Part shown: piece by piece, positions 39,650 to 52,932 of the stretch | Layout of the letters: every line of letters begins with the position of its first letter | Position numbering within the stretch: position 1 is the first letter of the stretch | Source of the DNA: Octopus vulgaris | Lineage: Eukaryota | Assembly (NCBI GenBank): GCA_951406725.2 | Contig: OX597818.1 | Span: 18,972,001 to 19,036,000 of the forward strand | Length of the DNA stretch: 64,000 nucleotides | Reading direction: 5' to 3' | Made by a program: the position numbers and the translations under genes | Notes under the pieces: generated by a model | What the model was told of the DNA's origin: nothing | The model's input: only the letters and a program-made list of their open reading frames with translations | The model's database searches: none

Positions 39650-40045
39650 TGCAGACGTGGCTGTATGGTAAGAAGTTCTCATCTCGACTGTATCGTTCCG
39701 AGTGACAGCTTGGGCAAGTGTCTTCTACTATGTCCTTGTGTCGACCAAAGCCTTGTGTCTGGATTAGGTAGACAGAAACTGAAAGAAGCCTATCCTATAT
39801 ATGAGTCTGTGTGTGTGTGTGTGTGTGTGTGTGCCTTTGTGTGTCTGTGTTTGTCCTCCACTTCCACTTGACAAACGGTGATAGTTTGTTTACGTCCCTG
39901 TAATCTAGTGGTTCAATAAAAACGGCCGATGCAATAAGTACCTCGCTCAGAAAAAAAGTACTGGGGTCGATTAGTTCAATCACAATGCTTCAAGGCAGTG
40001 CTCCAGCATGGCCGCAGTCTAATGGCTGAAACAAGTAAAAGATAA
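39650..40045 (+). mobile_element. SINE family B copy
   Basis: GTGGCTGTATGGTAAGAAG...TTGGGCAAGTGTCTTCTACTAT...CCAGCATGGCCGCAGTC. Confidence 0.85.
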
Positions 40046-41005
40046 CTGATAACGATAAAATAATTCATTCAAATCAAACTAGTCTGCGCTATGTAGCGAT
40101 CTAAAATTTGGGAATTAGGGAACCAGGGGCCCAGTCTGCTAACACTCGATGGAGAACGTATATTCCTACAGAGGTATGAGAATTATAATGTAAAGTAGTA
40201 ACACTTAGAGATGCCGCTGATGACGAATCTGGATTGCAAGTTATTCTCAGTCTACGCAATGACTGTTTACAATGCACCATTTAGCACTGACACTGTAAGT
40301 GTATTTTCAAGGAAAATTTCCAAAATAAATGGAATCTGCCTTGTCATATTCTTAAACACTTTGAATGTTATTGTGTTATGAATGCTCAATCTTGGAAAAA
40401 TAAATCATTGGAAACACTGCAATTACAATAGAATTAAATGACTTGATACAATAATACACCGATGTGCTTCATAAAAGTAAAACATATATTGTGAAGAGCC
40501 AGTTAGGTGGAATTATACAAACTTCTATTTCGCAATGAAATTTATTACGTTATTGATAATTGTTTATTACATCATACAATAGCTGCTACAGTACTACCAA
40601 TTACTTTACATGTTCTGAACAAATTGTTCAAGCAATCATTATGCGTTCGTGTTCATATTTTTAAATACTTTCTTCATAAATTCAATATAAAATTCCAATA
40701 TAATGTGAAATTAATTTTGAAATCAAAATATTTTGGTAATTGTGAATAATATATTGTAATGGTATTCACATATGTGACAGGTTGAATGAATCTATGCTTG
40801 GAACACAATCAGGGACGCATTGTTGGTAAAACAACTTTTAACAGCGGGTTGATTCTTTCAAAATGCTTCGTATGGAGGTGTGTGGCAAATGTTTCTTATT
40901 AACGTTATTATAGATAGAACATGATATCTTAAATATAGACGGATAATCGAATTTTTGCTTAATTAGGTATGTATGTTTATATATATATATATATACATAT
41001 ATATG

Positions 41006-41080
<75 letters not shown>

Positions 41081-41149
41081 GTATGTATGCATGTATGTAT
41101 ATATATGTATGTATATATATGTATATATATATGTATATACATATATATA

Positions 41150-41185
<36 letters not shown>

Positions 41186-41187
41186 TA

Positions 41188-41242
<55 letters not shown>

Positions 41243-41345
41243 AATTTGCTAGTACTGGCAGTTTGAAGATGTTTGTCTGAGGTGATACATTATCGGATGG
41301 GTAAGTTCATTTTGTTAGTGCTTTCAGATCCAAAATTAAGAAATG

Positions 41346-41408
41346 TTGAGCTGACGAAAGAAATGCTGAGTTTTATTTCGGCTAATCTAGAAACGTTGAC
41401 GTTCTCAA
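41346..41408 (+). ncRNA. Type I hammerhead ribozyme, intact core
   Basis: TTGAG-CTGACGA-AAGAAATGCTGAG(TTTTAT)TTCGGCTAATCTA-GAAA-CG(TTGA)CG-TT-CTCAA, with a GUU triplet. It lies within a (TA)n-flanked module at 41241-41698. Confidence 0.8.
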
Positions 41409-41804
41409 ATGATCTTTGTACTTGTGATATTTTACTGTTTTTGTCTCCATATCTTCGTGAGTTATTTTTGAGTAAACATTATCTGAGAGAAGTTTTTCTT
41501 AAAGTAGTGGAAATGGCTAAAAACTTTTTGACTGCTAATTCTAGAAAATTCAGTATGTGGCAAAGTAATTTATTTTACTAAGCCCTAATTATATAATGTA
41601 ATATTTTGAATTCGCCTTAAATGGTCCTTTTACATACTGAACACTACTTGGTAAAATTGATTAATAACTAATTAATTTTACCCTCAATTGTTGATATTAT
41701 ATATATATATATATGTAGGTCCCGAGTTGAGTCGGGGTTAACCACAGTAAATAAGGTACTCAATACATAGCAGAGTAAATTAATTTATTTTATTTTATAG
41801 GAGG

Positions 41805-41855
41805 AGCTTCTACAGGACTAGAACTGTTTCATTCAAATGAAATCATCAGGAAGCT
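41805..41855 (-). ncRNA. Type I hammerhead ribozyme
   Basis: Reverse complement reads AGCTTC-CTGATGA-TTTC(ATTT)GAAT-GAAA-CAG(TTCTAGTC)CTG-TA-GAAGCT, with a 6-bp stem I, 3-bp stem III and GUA triplet. Confidence 0.85.
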
Positions 41856-42617
41856 TGCTGTCAAGATAAGTTTTGGCATTTATACATTTAGGCAGGTTTA
41901 ATGGGGTGGTGGTGGGGGACATTTTTTGAGGTAAGCAGGGCACAAACTGTCTTTCTTAGGGGAGTGGTCAAAAGAATCAGTGAAAAAGTAAATAAATGAA
42001 TAAATAGAATAATTGAATAGAGTTTTAGGTAAATAAGAAGACTATCGCTTATATATATATACACATATATACACACACATACATACACATACATACACAC
42101 ACATACACATACATACACACACATATATATATACATACACACATATATACAAATACACATACACATACATGCCAACACGCAAACGCACGCACACATATAT
42201 CTACACATATATAAATAAGTATACACACCCATACACCCATGTGTGTGTGTATGGGTGTGTATACTTATTTATATATGTGTAGATATATGTGTGCGTGTGT
42301 TTGCGTTTTGGCATGTATGTGTATGTGTATTTGTATATATGTGTGTATGTATATATATGTGTGTGTGTATGTGTGTGTATGTATGTGTATGTATGTGTGT
42401 GTATATATGTGTATATATATATAAGCGATAGTCTTCTTATTTACCTAAAACTCTATTCAATTATTCTATTTATTGATTTATTTACTTTTTCACTGATTCT
42501 TTTGACCACTCCCCTAAGAAAGACAGTTTGTGCCCTGCTTACCCAAAAAAATGTCCCCCACCACCATCCCATTAAACCTGCCTAAATGTATAAATGCCAA
42601 AACTTATCTTGACAGCA

Positions 42618-42668
42618 AGCTTCCTGATGATTTCATTTGAATGAAACAGTTCTAGTCCGGTAGAAGCT
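42618..42668 (+). ncRNA. Type I hammerhead ribozyme (mirror copy)
   Basis: AGCTTC-CTGATGA-TTTCATTTGAAT-GAAA-CAGTTCTAGTCCGG-TA-GAAGCT, with one stem III mismatch relative to the left copy. Confidence 0.8.
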
Positions 42669-42684
42669 CCTTCTATAAAATAAA

Positions 42685-42737
<53 letters not shown>

Positions 42738-42788
42738 CCATACACATCATACACACACATACACACAGCTTTATATATATGCATCTGA

Positions 42789-42820
<32 letters not shown>

Positions 42821-42825
<5 letters not shown>

Positions 42826-43128
42826 CGTGATCACCGTGACCGACCAGGCCATCAGATGTTGCTACGCAGCGCTGGTCACAATGCGCTTCGCATTGTTCTA
42901 GCCTTCAAATGACGCCACCCCACTGGCTAAGTGAGCAGGTCAACAGAAGAAAGAGTGAGAGAAAGTTGTGGCGAAAGAGTACGGCAGGGATCGCCACCAG
43001 CCCCTGCCGGAGCGTCGTGGAGCTTTAGGTATTTTCGCTCAATAAACACTCACAACGCCGGCCTGAGAATCGAAACAGCGATCCTACAACTGCGAGTCCG
43101 TTGCCCTAACCATTGGGCCATTACGCCT

Positions 43129-43132
<4 letters not shown>
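42821..43132 (-). mobile_element. SINE family C variant with alternative 3' tail
   Basis: Head GTGGAGGCGTAATGGCCCAATGGTTAGGG as at 14920. The tail GGTCGGTCACGGTGATCACGGTGAT is also seen as a fragment at 57503-57563. Confidence 0.85.
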
Positions 43133-43196
<64 letters not shown>

Positions 43197-43198
<2 letters not shown>

Positions 43199-44588
43199 CC
43201 CTTCCAGCCCCTCACACCTCCTCTTCACCTTAGATGTAAAATCCCTGTACACAGTGATTCCCCACAATGACGGTCTCCTAGCCCTCCAACACTTCCTCGA
43301 CCGTCGTCCCGACCCCACCCCCAGCACCCCCACCCTTCTCCGTTTGGCTGAGCTCGTCCTCACCCTCAATTGCTTCACGTTCGCCGGGGAAACGTACCAA
43401 CAGGTGTCCGGGGTCGCGATGGGAACTGGGATGGGCCCCAATTTCGCCAATCTCTTTCTTGGCTACATTGAGGCCCAAGTGTTCTCCCAGTTCTCTGGGC
43501 CGACCCCCGAACTATACGGTCGCTATATCGACGACTGTGTAGGTGCCACCTCCCTTTCCCGGGAACTTCTCGGCCAATTCATCTCTTTCCTTTCCAACTT
43601 TCACCCCTCTCTTCAATTCACCTCCACCATCTCCAACACCTCTGTCAACTTCCTTGACATCTCTCTCCGCATCGATCACCCCTCCAGCTCTCTCACCACC
43701 ACCGCCTTCTTTAAACCTACGGATTCCCACCTCTATCTCAACTTCTCTTCCTCCCACCCCTTCCACACCAAACGAGCCATCCCCTACTCCCAGTTCCTCC
43801 GCCTCCGACGTTTGTGCAGCCGCGACCAGGATTTCGAGACCCAATCTCAATACCTGGCCCGCATGTTCAGACTCCGAGGTTACCCACCCACACTCCTCTC
43901 TGATGCCCTCACCCGCGCCCGTCGCATCGACCGCACTACCGCCTTGTCTCCTTCCCCCCGCCCACCCCCCAACCGCACCCCCTTCCCCCTCCTTTTCCAC
44001 CCCTCTACCCTACCCCTTCGTCGCAAGATACTACGTGCCTTCCGTCGCCTCCAGCTTGATCCCACCACCCGCCCCATTTTCCCTAACCCACCCCTGTCCT
44101 CTTTCAAACGAGCCCGCAATCTGCGTGACCTCCTGGTCCACAGCACCCTCTCCCCTTCCCCCTCAGCCCCACACGGATCATTCCCTTGCTCTAGATCCCG
44201 CTGCAACACTTGCCCCTTCATCACCAACACCACCGCTGTCACCGGCTCCAACCTGCATACTGTACGCATTAGGCACTCTTTTACGTGCACCTCGTCTGGC
44301 CTTATTTACTGCATTAAATGCAACCTATGCGGGATGCTGTATGTAGGTCAGACGGGACGCCGGTTGTCCGACCGTTTCACTGAACACTTGAGGGACGTTC
44401 GCCTACACTCTTTTTCTCCCGTCGCACGCCACTTTCGCTCGGCCGGCCATTCCCGAGATGACATCTCAGTGTTTGGTCTCGCCCCCCACAATGGTCGCCC
44501 ACTTTCCAGGCTCCACTTGGAGCAACGCTACATCTTCACCCTACAAACTACCACCCCACACGGACTTAACACAGCCCCCTCCTCTTGA
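43197..44588 (+). CDS. Penelope-like element (Neptune-type) reverse transcriptase plus GIY-YIG endonuclease, 5'-truncated but uninterrupted
   Basis: FTLDVKSLYTVIPH, QQVSGVAMGT, YGRYIDD, VNFLDI, KPTDSHLYL..SSSHP..KRAIPYSQFLRLRRLCS, linker CSRSRCNTC, endonuclease GLIYCIKCNLCGMLYVGQT..L.DRFTEH, final GLN. The upstream part of the listed ORF is only microsatellite. Confidence 0.96.
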
Positions 44589-47460
44589 GACCGTTTTTTT
44601 TTTTTTTTTTTTTTTTTCCGGACACACCACCCACACACACCCACCCACCTACCTACCTCCCACACGCCTGTTCACACACACACATACGTAGACCCATCTA
44701 CGTACATACATTCACACATTTATTCACACACACTTACAGACACACATGCACATACACACACACATACATACATACACACACGCATACATACGTACACACA
44801 CACACACACACACAGACATACATACACACATACACACACACATACATACGCACATACATACACACACACTCACACACACACACCGCACGTACATACTTCA
44901 CACACACACACATGCACACATACATGTAGGCACATACATACATACATACCCACACATGCACACCCGTACACTGAATGCACACACACATACACCTTTTTGC
45001 ATCCAGGCTGCCCCCCCCTTTTCTGCTTTCCGGTTTTGGCTGATGGATCCTCGGTTCCCGCGTAGCGGGGCGTTCGAGGGCCTTTGCGCTCGCGCGCCTT
45101 GGCGCGCGCTGGGGGCTCGGTCGGCCCCTTTGGGCTTGCGTTGCACTGCTTGTGCGTTGTGTGCGTGAGCGCGCTTCGTGTGTGTGGGCTTGCTTCGGAT
45201 GTGCGCTTGCGTATGTTTGCATACATACCCACACACTCGCATGCATCCCTACCCACATACATACACGCACACCTACTCACACACACACATACACACACAC
45301 ACATACCCGCACACACACACACATACATACATACACACACATACCCACTTCAGACATACACACACACAGACATACACCCATACACCCACACTCACACGCA
45401 TACACACACACACATGTACACACACACACACACCCACATACATACATTACACTTGTATACACACACACTTACATTCATACACACACACACCTACACAGCC
45501 ATACCCTCACTCAGACACACACATCTACCTACACACACACAAACACACACTGACACACACCCATACATACATACATCTACACACTCACGCCTACACACAT
45601 ACATACACACATACATAAACACACACACATACACATACACACACATACGCACACACGCATATACTTATACACATGCACACACACACATACATACATACAC
45701 CCATATACATACACACACACATACCTACATACTCCTATACGCACATACATACACACAGACATACACACATACACACTCACACAAACATACACACACACAT
45801 ACTTACACACACACTCACCTGCACGCGCACACACATGCATGACAAACACTCAAACACTCATACACTCACACTCACATACGCACACACCAACATAAACACG
45901 CACACGCACACACACACCTACACTCCCACACACATACACACGCACCTACATACACACACGCACGCATACACACGCATACACACATACATTACACACGTAC
46001 ACACACACCTACATACACATGCATACACACACACACACAAACATGCACGGACACACCCAGACATACATACATACACCTATATACACACGCCTACACACCT
46101 ACATACACACACATATACACACGCCCACACAGCTACATACACACACATACATACACACATACACGGACACACCCATACATACTTACATACATACACCTAT
46201 ACACACACGCCTACACACCTACACACACACATGCACACACACACACATGTACGCACATACACACACATATACGCACACACATATATACCCACACACATGC
46301 ACACACACACACATACGCACATACATGCACGCATGCACACGCGCACACCTACACGCATACACACACACACACGCACGTACACATACATACATACACACAC
46401 GCATACATACACCCATACACATACATGCATCCTACACACACATACATACACACTCACACATACATACACACACACGCACTCACTCACACACCTGTATGTT
46501 CGCGCACACACATGCACATACACACACTTCCCCACACCCACACGTACATACATACACACTCATACACACATACACACACACACACACACACACGGACATA
46601 CATCTATGCACACACATATATACACACATACTCACATACATTCATCGGACACACTGCCACCCAGACATACACACAGACACACTCACACATCCACACGCAC
46701 ACATACGTACGCGCACACTCGCAGGCTCGCGCACACACGCGTTTGCGCCGGTTCGCGCACGCATGCGCACCGCATGCACCTCGCCCTTGGACCCGACGAG
46801 ACCTCCCGCCCGTTCCTGGGATGTCGCTTGTCGTTGGGTTTTCCCACGCCCGTCTCCGCGGGACCACTCTTTCATCTTCCCCTCCGCTGGAGTCCTTTTC
46901 CTAACCCCCCCCCCTTTTTTTCGTTACACACACGCGCACACATATACACACATTGCTTAAACATATACATCACTCTTACACACATTCAATCTACTCGCCT
47001 CTAATACTACCACGACACTGGACACACACACACACTACTACTCAACACACGCTGGCACGCTACATACGCCCCCACCCCTTCCCCTCCCTCCCTTCCTCCT
47101 TCCTCCCTTTTCTCACTACTGACCTTTGTCTGCTATGCTGCTGCTATGCTGACCACCGTCTCGCCCTACCTCACACGCCTACACACAGACGCACACACTA
47201 ACACATACATATATTTTTTGTTTTTTTTACCTCGCCTCACACACACACATACACACACGCACACGCACACACTCACACATACACACACATCTGTTGCGTT
47301 ACCAACCTTGTCTCCACTCTTTTGCCTTTAAAAACCCGCTTTGCTCTTGTTATCGTAAACATCCGCCTTTCACCATGTGCGACTCCTAACACCAGCCGTT
47401 TTTTTCTCTATCTCCGTTGCCCGCTCCGGGATCTTTCTTTCCTCTCTCTTCCTTCTTTAT

Positions 47461-47495
47461 GTTTCCGACGAAGAGCTCCGCTCGAAACGTCATAC
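47461..47495 (+). ncRNA. Minimal hammerhead motif in the PLE pLTR (core variant CCGACGA)
   Basis: GTTT-CCGACGA-A-GAGC(TCC)GCTC-GAAA-CG-TC-ATAC. Confidence 0.7.
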
Positions 47496-47581
47496 CTCCC
47501 TGCTTCCATTTCCTGAGCGCCTATTAATAATAATACTGTAATTGTTCCATTGTTGTTGTTTTTTTGTTTCCCGTTTGGATT

Positions 47582-47653
<72 letters not shown>

Positions 47654-47675
47654 TTGTTATTGTTGAGGGAGTGGT

Positions 47676-47955
47676 TTATGGCTCGGTGGTCAGAGCGTCG
47701 GGCTCATAATCATGAGGTAGCGAGTTTGGACTGAACTGTTGTGTTTTTAATAAAGACATTTTATTTTAAGTTGCTCTAGTCCAAGTCCACTCAGCTATAT
47801 AAATGAGTTGCGACGTCACTGGTGCCAAGCTATTATCGAATTTTGCCTTTTCCTTGGATAACATCACTAGCGTGGAAACGAGAGGCTGTTATGCGTGGGC
47901 GACTGCTAGTCTTCCATAAACAACCTTGCCCGAACTTGTGCCTCGGTATGGAACT
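47676..47955 (+). mobile_element. tRNA-derived SINE, same family as 17495
   Basis: TGGCTCGGTGGTCAGAGCGTCGGGCTCATAATCATGAGG...CTTCCATAAACAACCTTGCCCG. Confidence 0.8.
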
Positions 47956-47964
47956 TTTTTTTGC

Positions 47965-49800
47965 TTCTGAAGTAGGTTTTTTGTAGTCCTATGGTGGTTA
48001 TTTTGTAATAGTTTTCCAGCTGTATAAGGTATCTACCACCTATACGTTGTATATATAACCTTTCTGTTGTCAGATTTAGGGTGGTGCTTCTTGTTTTTCT
48101 GTCTATTTTGATTAGTTCACCTAGTGTCCAGTTAAGAATATTGTAGCTATAACTTAAACTGGGACGGCTAAAGTATCGATACCTACTATCTTGTTTTTCG
48201 CATCGAGCTCTGTTTTTACTATGAATGTAACCCGTCTATAGTATTCTTTTTAATTTCTCTTTCATTTGTGTGTGTTGCATCGTATCTAGTTCATTGATTC
48301 TTAAATATTTGTATGTCTGGCTTTGGTCTAATTCTCTTATCTCATTTGATTTATCTAGTGTGATGTTGCTACTCTTAACTAGTTTTCCTATTTTCAAGGT
48401 TGCTTTGGCAATTTTTTCTAAGCCAAATTTCATAATTATTTCTTTGGTAAATCCGTGTGCTGTCTACAGTAATGTTTGCAGCTGCTTATCATTTGTAGCG
48501 CACAGTTTTAGGTCATCCATATATTTAAAAAAAAGACTCCGCCGGTTACGACGACGAGGGTCCCAGCGATACGATCAACGGAACAGCTTGCTCGTGAAAT
48601 TAACGTGCAAATGGCTGAGCATTCCACAGACACGTGTACCCTTAACGTAGTTCTCGGGGATAATCAGCGTGACACAGAGAGTGACAAGGCTGACCCTTTG
48701 AAATACAAGTACAACTCATTTTTGCCAGCTGAGTGGACTGGAGCAACGTGAAATAAAGTGTCTTGCTCAAGGACACAACGCGTCGCCGGGAATCGAACTC
48801 ACAACCTTACGATCATGAGCCGAATGCCCTAGCCACTAAGCCACGCGCCCTCACCATCCATATATAAGAGGTGACTGATTGTTTTGCCGTAACAGTTTTA
48901 TCCGCAATGTCAGATAAAGGTGTCAGTGCCAAGCAGAAAAGGATTGGAGAGAGCGTTTCTCCCTGGAATATTCCTCTTCTAATGGAGATGGTTTTGGTTT
49001 TTGGAGCTTTAGCACTGTCTGCCATTTATTCGTTGAATGTGTTATATATTTTTTGATTACTGTTGCTACCTTGTTCATGGCTAGTGTTTCTAGGATCCAT
49101 GTAAGGGGAATACTATCAAAAACCTTTCGGTAATCGATCCAGGCCAAACTTAGACCCTTCTCCTTTCTGCAGCTGTCTTCAGTTATGGTTTTATTGATCA
49201 TTAGTTTATCTTTACAGCTGTATGAGCCTTTGCAGCATCCCTTCTGCTCTTCTGAAAACAGATTGTTTTCTTCCAGATGCTTGCTCATTTCTGCGATATT
49301 ATTGCAGTCAAGGCTTTGTAAATAGTAGGGAGACAAGTTATTGCTTTCTAATTTTGTGGGTTTGCCGTTTCAATGGATTTGGGAATTAGGATAGTTTTCC
49401 CTTCCGTGAGCCATTCAGGTATTGTCTCTGGCTCTGCTAGTATGTCATCAAATTTCTCAGATAGCTTTTTATGTGTTCCTGTCAGATAATTTAACCAGAA
49501 GTTGGGGATCTTATCGTGCCCGGATGCCTTCCAGCTGCTTAGTTTTTGCAGTGTTTGGATGACCTCTGCAGTTGTTATAGGGGGCCAGAGTTGTTGGGTG
49601 CTGAGTTCGTTGTTTTGATAGACCTTTTCTGAGGTTGTTCCTTTGCTGACCATATTTCTTTCCAAAATTCTTCCACTTCCTCTGCTGTTAGTGCTTCATT
49701 GACGTCTATTTTATTTTTGCCAAGTTCTTGGTAGAATCTTTTGGGGTTGGCATTGAACTGTTTGTTTTGTTCAAAGAAACGTTGGCGTTTCTTCTGCTGG
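47965..49800 (-). mobile_element. R4/Dong LINE RT fragment, decayed
   Basis: WKASGHDKIPNFWL, EQKGCCKGSYSCKDKLMINK, AWIDYRKVFDSIP, RRGIFQGETLSPILFCLALTPLS, HLLYMD/DLKL, MKFGLEK, YKYL. Same family as 21958-23632. Confidence 0.92.
48525..48854 (-). mobile_element. SINE with 11-bp TSD nested in the Dong RT
   Basis: CATCCATATAT is duplicated at 48514-48524 and 48855-48865. tRNA head GGCGCGTGGCTTAGTGG...AGTTCGATTCCC. Confidence 0.92.
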
Positions 49801-50459
49801 CGGATTCTTTGTGCTTTGGTAAGGATATCTATTGGTTATTTACCAACTTAAAGTGGCAGTGCTGTGGGGGACGATGTTACTGTTGTTTTAGTCCCAATGC
49901 TGAGCTCCCTGTTCGAAAATATAAGGACACAGATAGTGCATCGTATAGCCAGCCAGAAACGATGTTTCTTGGGACTAAAACAACAGTAACAGCGTCCCTC
50001 ACAGGACAGCCACATTATGTTCACAAATAACCTTTACTTTAAACAACTATTACTGAATGTCTCTCTTTGAGAGATTTAGAAATAATATTTCTATATATTT
50101 ATGCATGTATATAAATATTGTATATATATGTATGTATGTATGTATGTATACGTAAAGTGTATGTGTGCGTGTGCGTGTTTGTGCGCGCGTGTGAGTGTTT
50201 ATATAAAGATATCAGTCCTACGCTGAATATTATTTTGGATTACAATCAACATTAATGAGAGCAGCAATTAGTCTGATTGACATAGGACTATGAAAACGTG
50301 ACTCGTCAATAATATGCCTTTAGTGAGTCTCTTGAGAGGAAATCACTCTAGATTTAGTTGTTGATTGGTGTGGTCTCATTAATTTTTGAGCAAGACTTAT
50401 TTATATGATTGCATGTTTACATGCACAAAATATAGTTGTGCGCACACAATGGCTTCTCC

Positions 50460-50912
50460 GTTGCTTTTACCTATTTCACTCACTCACTGGATTGCAGCCA
50501 CGCTTTCGTATCACTTTGAAAGGTTTACTTGAACATATCGACCGCAGTGCATATATTTATATAAAGTCTGGTATTTATTCTGTCGTCACTTTTGCCGAAC
50601 CGCTACGTTACGGGCGTGTAAACGTTGACGGTGTGGACAAACACGGACACAAAGACACATATACATCCAGACACACACACAGGCGCGCGCTCATACACAC
50701 GCACATGCTCATGCATACACTCACGCTCATGCACACACACATACGTATGCAAGTATATATATATATACGACGGGCTTCTACGCATTTTCTGTCTACCGAA
50801 TTCATTCAGAAGACATTGGCAGTCCTAAGGACATAGAAGAAGACACTTGCTCAAGGTGCCACGGAGTGGGAGCGCCCCCGCCACCACGTGGCTTCTTAAC
50901 CACACAGCCACA
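50460..50912 (-). mobile_element. SINE family B, diverged copy
   Basis: ATAGAAGAAGACACTTGCTCAAGGTGCCACG...CCACACAGCCAC. Confidence 0.75.
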
Positions 50913-50934
50913 TGTATACACATACGCGTATTTT

Positions 50935-51038
<104 letters not shown>

Positions 51039-51586
51039 GCATAGGTATGGATTGTAGGCAACATGTGTAATATGTCCGAATAAGAAAAAGAATAGCTCTA
51101 CATCTTTCAGCAACTGTGTCCTCTCCTTAACTATCCACGAACACACTGCTTTTAATCCCGCTCATAATTTGGATTAAAGTAAACTGAATACACCAAAGGG
51201 CATGCATAATTGTTTATTAGAGAGTTATATCGAATATTAAATTACAGTGTTTCGTTTTATTGCTATTACGTACTAGAGGACATAATTATAATTATATAAG
51301 CCAACACTATGTATTACAACGACTATAAACAATCAACGTCATTACAATTATATATAATTGTATACTAATATATGAATGTTTAATATATAGAGCATTGAAC
51401 AAATTGCTTTACCGTTTTTAGTCGCGGCTTTTTATGAGGCGTGTTTAAATCATGCTAGCGTCCATTTTGCCTTATATCTTTCATGTGATCGATAAAATAA
51501 AATACCCGTCCCTGAAAATCAGGAAATGTGCGCTCTTGTTCCAATGGTTGAGATCAATAATATTAATAATATAACACCCATATGTG

Positions 51587-51625
<39 letters not shown>

Positions 51626-51867
51626 CATACTTTTATGTATGTATGTTATGTATGTATGTATGTGTCTATATATATATAGAGCAAGACTCAGAAACTAGTC
51701 TCTGGATGCAGGCTTAGATAGGTGGGGCTGCTTGTTTCTCCCTTGTAAACATAATAACACAGGAAATATATGTCAAGGCCGACAGGAAGCGTTGATGCTT
51801 CCTAGGGCTAAATAGCAGTAGTGTGATTCCCTTCATGGGGCTGTCACATTAAGTTGACAGTATACAA

Positions 51868-51976
<109 letters not shown>

Positions 51977-52208
51977 TATTGCTTAGACGTGGGACAGTGG
52001 CTATGGTCCCTTTCTTTCTCAGGTCTTCTCTGATTAGAGAAGAGAAAGAAATTATCCTCACCTCTAAGAACGGGTCTGATTGCTGGCATTAGAGTGGACT
52101 TCGCTAGAATACACCCAAGATCTATGTGGCGTGGTTAAACTGGGCAGCTGGAGTATATGTATATCCATGTTTATGAGATTTAAACAGTTCAGACATGACA
52201 GGACCGGG

Positions 52209-52259
<51 letters not shown>

Positions 52260-52932
52260 TTACACTCAGCATATCGGATGTTGCCGGAATTGCCGGTATC
52301 ATGTGTCCGATCCTTGTTATAAATGCGCGTATGTGTTTCTTTTCATATATCATCGTGTAGAAACATCGATTACAGTTGGGCAAGGCCGGATTCTTATTTG
52401 CATCTTATTACATGTGTTTGCTCATTGATTAATAATATTTTTAGATGTGCTTTCTTGTTTTGATTAAATTTATGCTATGTTTAGTTCCTGGCAATGAACT
52501 AACAACTTGTAAAGGCCGTGCGGAACATAAATGTTTATTACATGCGACATTAATGTGGGTGAAATCGTATCTAATGATTAAAGCATTAAACAGTAGCCAA
52601 AATATATATACATATACAATTAAGCAACAACAAAAAAACACACAATATTAGTCGATATCTAATATCATTATCTTCCTTTTTTATCGTTTTTGTTTTCATC
52701 TGCAACTACGGAAGACAACTCTGAAAGAATTTTGTTTTTCTTTTAGCTTGCGTAGAATGTAGTCCTTTCGTCTCTCCGTAGCTTAGCAATTTATTAACAA
52801 AGGACTCGTTAAATTAGTATACTAAATTGTAAATTTGTTGCAATACTGTTTTTGTTGTTGTTTGGCCCGAGGATGTACCTGATGAGAGGTGTTTCTGTGT
52901 GACCATTTCGTTTCTTTTGTATACTACAAACT

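Larger units (their letters stand above)
41785..42690. repeat. Palindrome of about 900 bp: head-to-head pLTR modules with hammerheads
   Basis: 41785-42236 is the reverse complement of about 42246-42690, including the central microsatellite, with few mismatches. Confidence 0.9.
43197..47587 (+). mobile_element. Neptune-like PLE insertion in (TA)n with a CA-rich 3' UTR of about 3 kb and a pLTR
   Basis: (TA)n on both flanks. Order is ORF, T-run, long degenerate (CA/TACA) tract with two GC-rich islands, hammerhead at 47461, terminal GTTTGGATTAAAAT. Confidence 0.85.

Noticed and set aside
40217-40270. CTGATGA-CG possible hammerhead; also half-motifs near 29540, 33385, 51760 and 55420
   Set aside because: Only one half of the core is recognisable in each case, too decayed to call.
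43512-44346. Overlapping alternative-frame and antisense ORFs over the PLE RT
   Set aside because: By-product of the C-rich strand bias of the real ORF.
44585-47331. Long His/Thr-rich and Cys/Val-rich ORFs, up to 443 aa
   Set aside because: They are translations of degenerate (CA/TACA)n in the PLE 3' UTR, which is stop-poor by composition.
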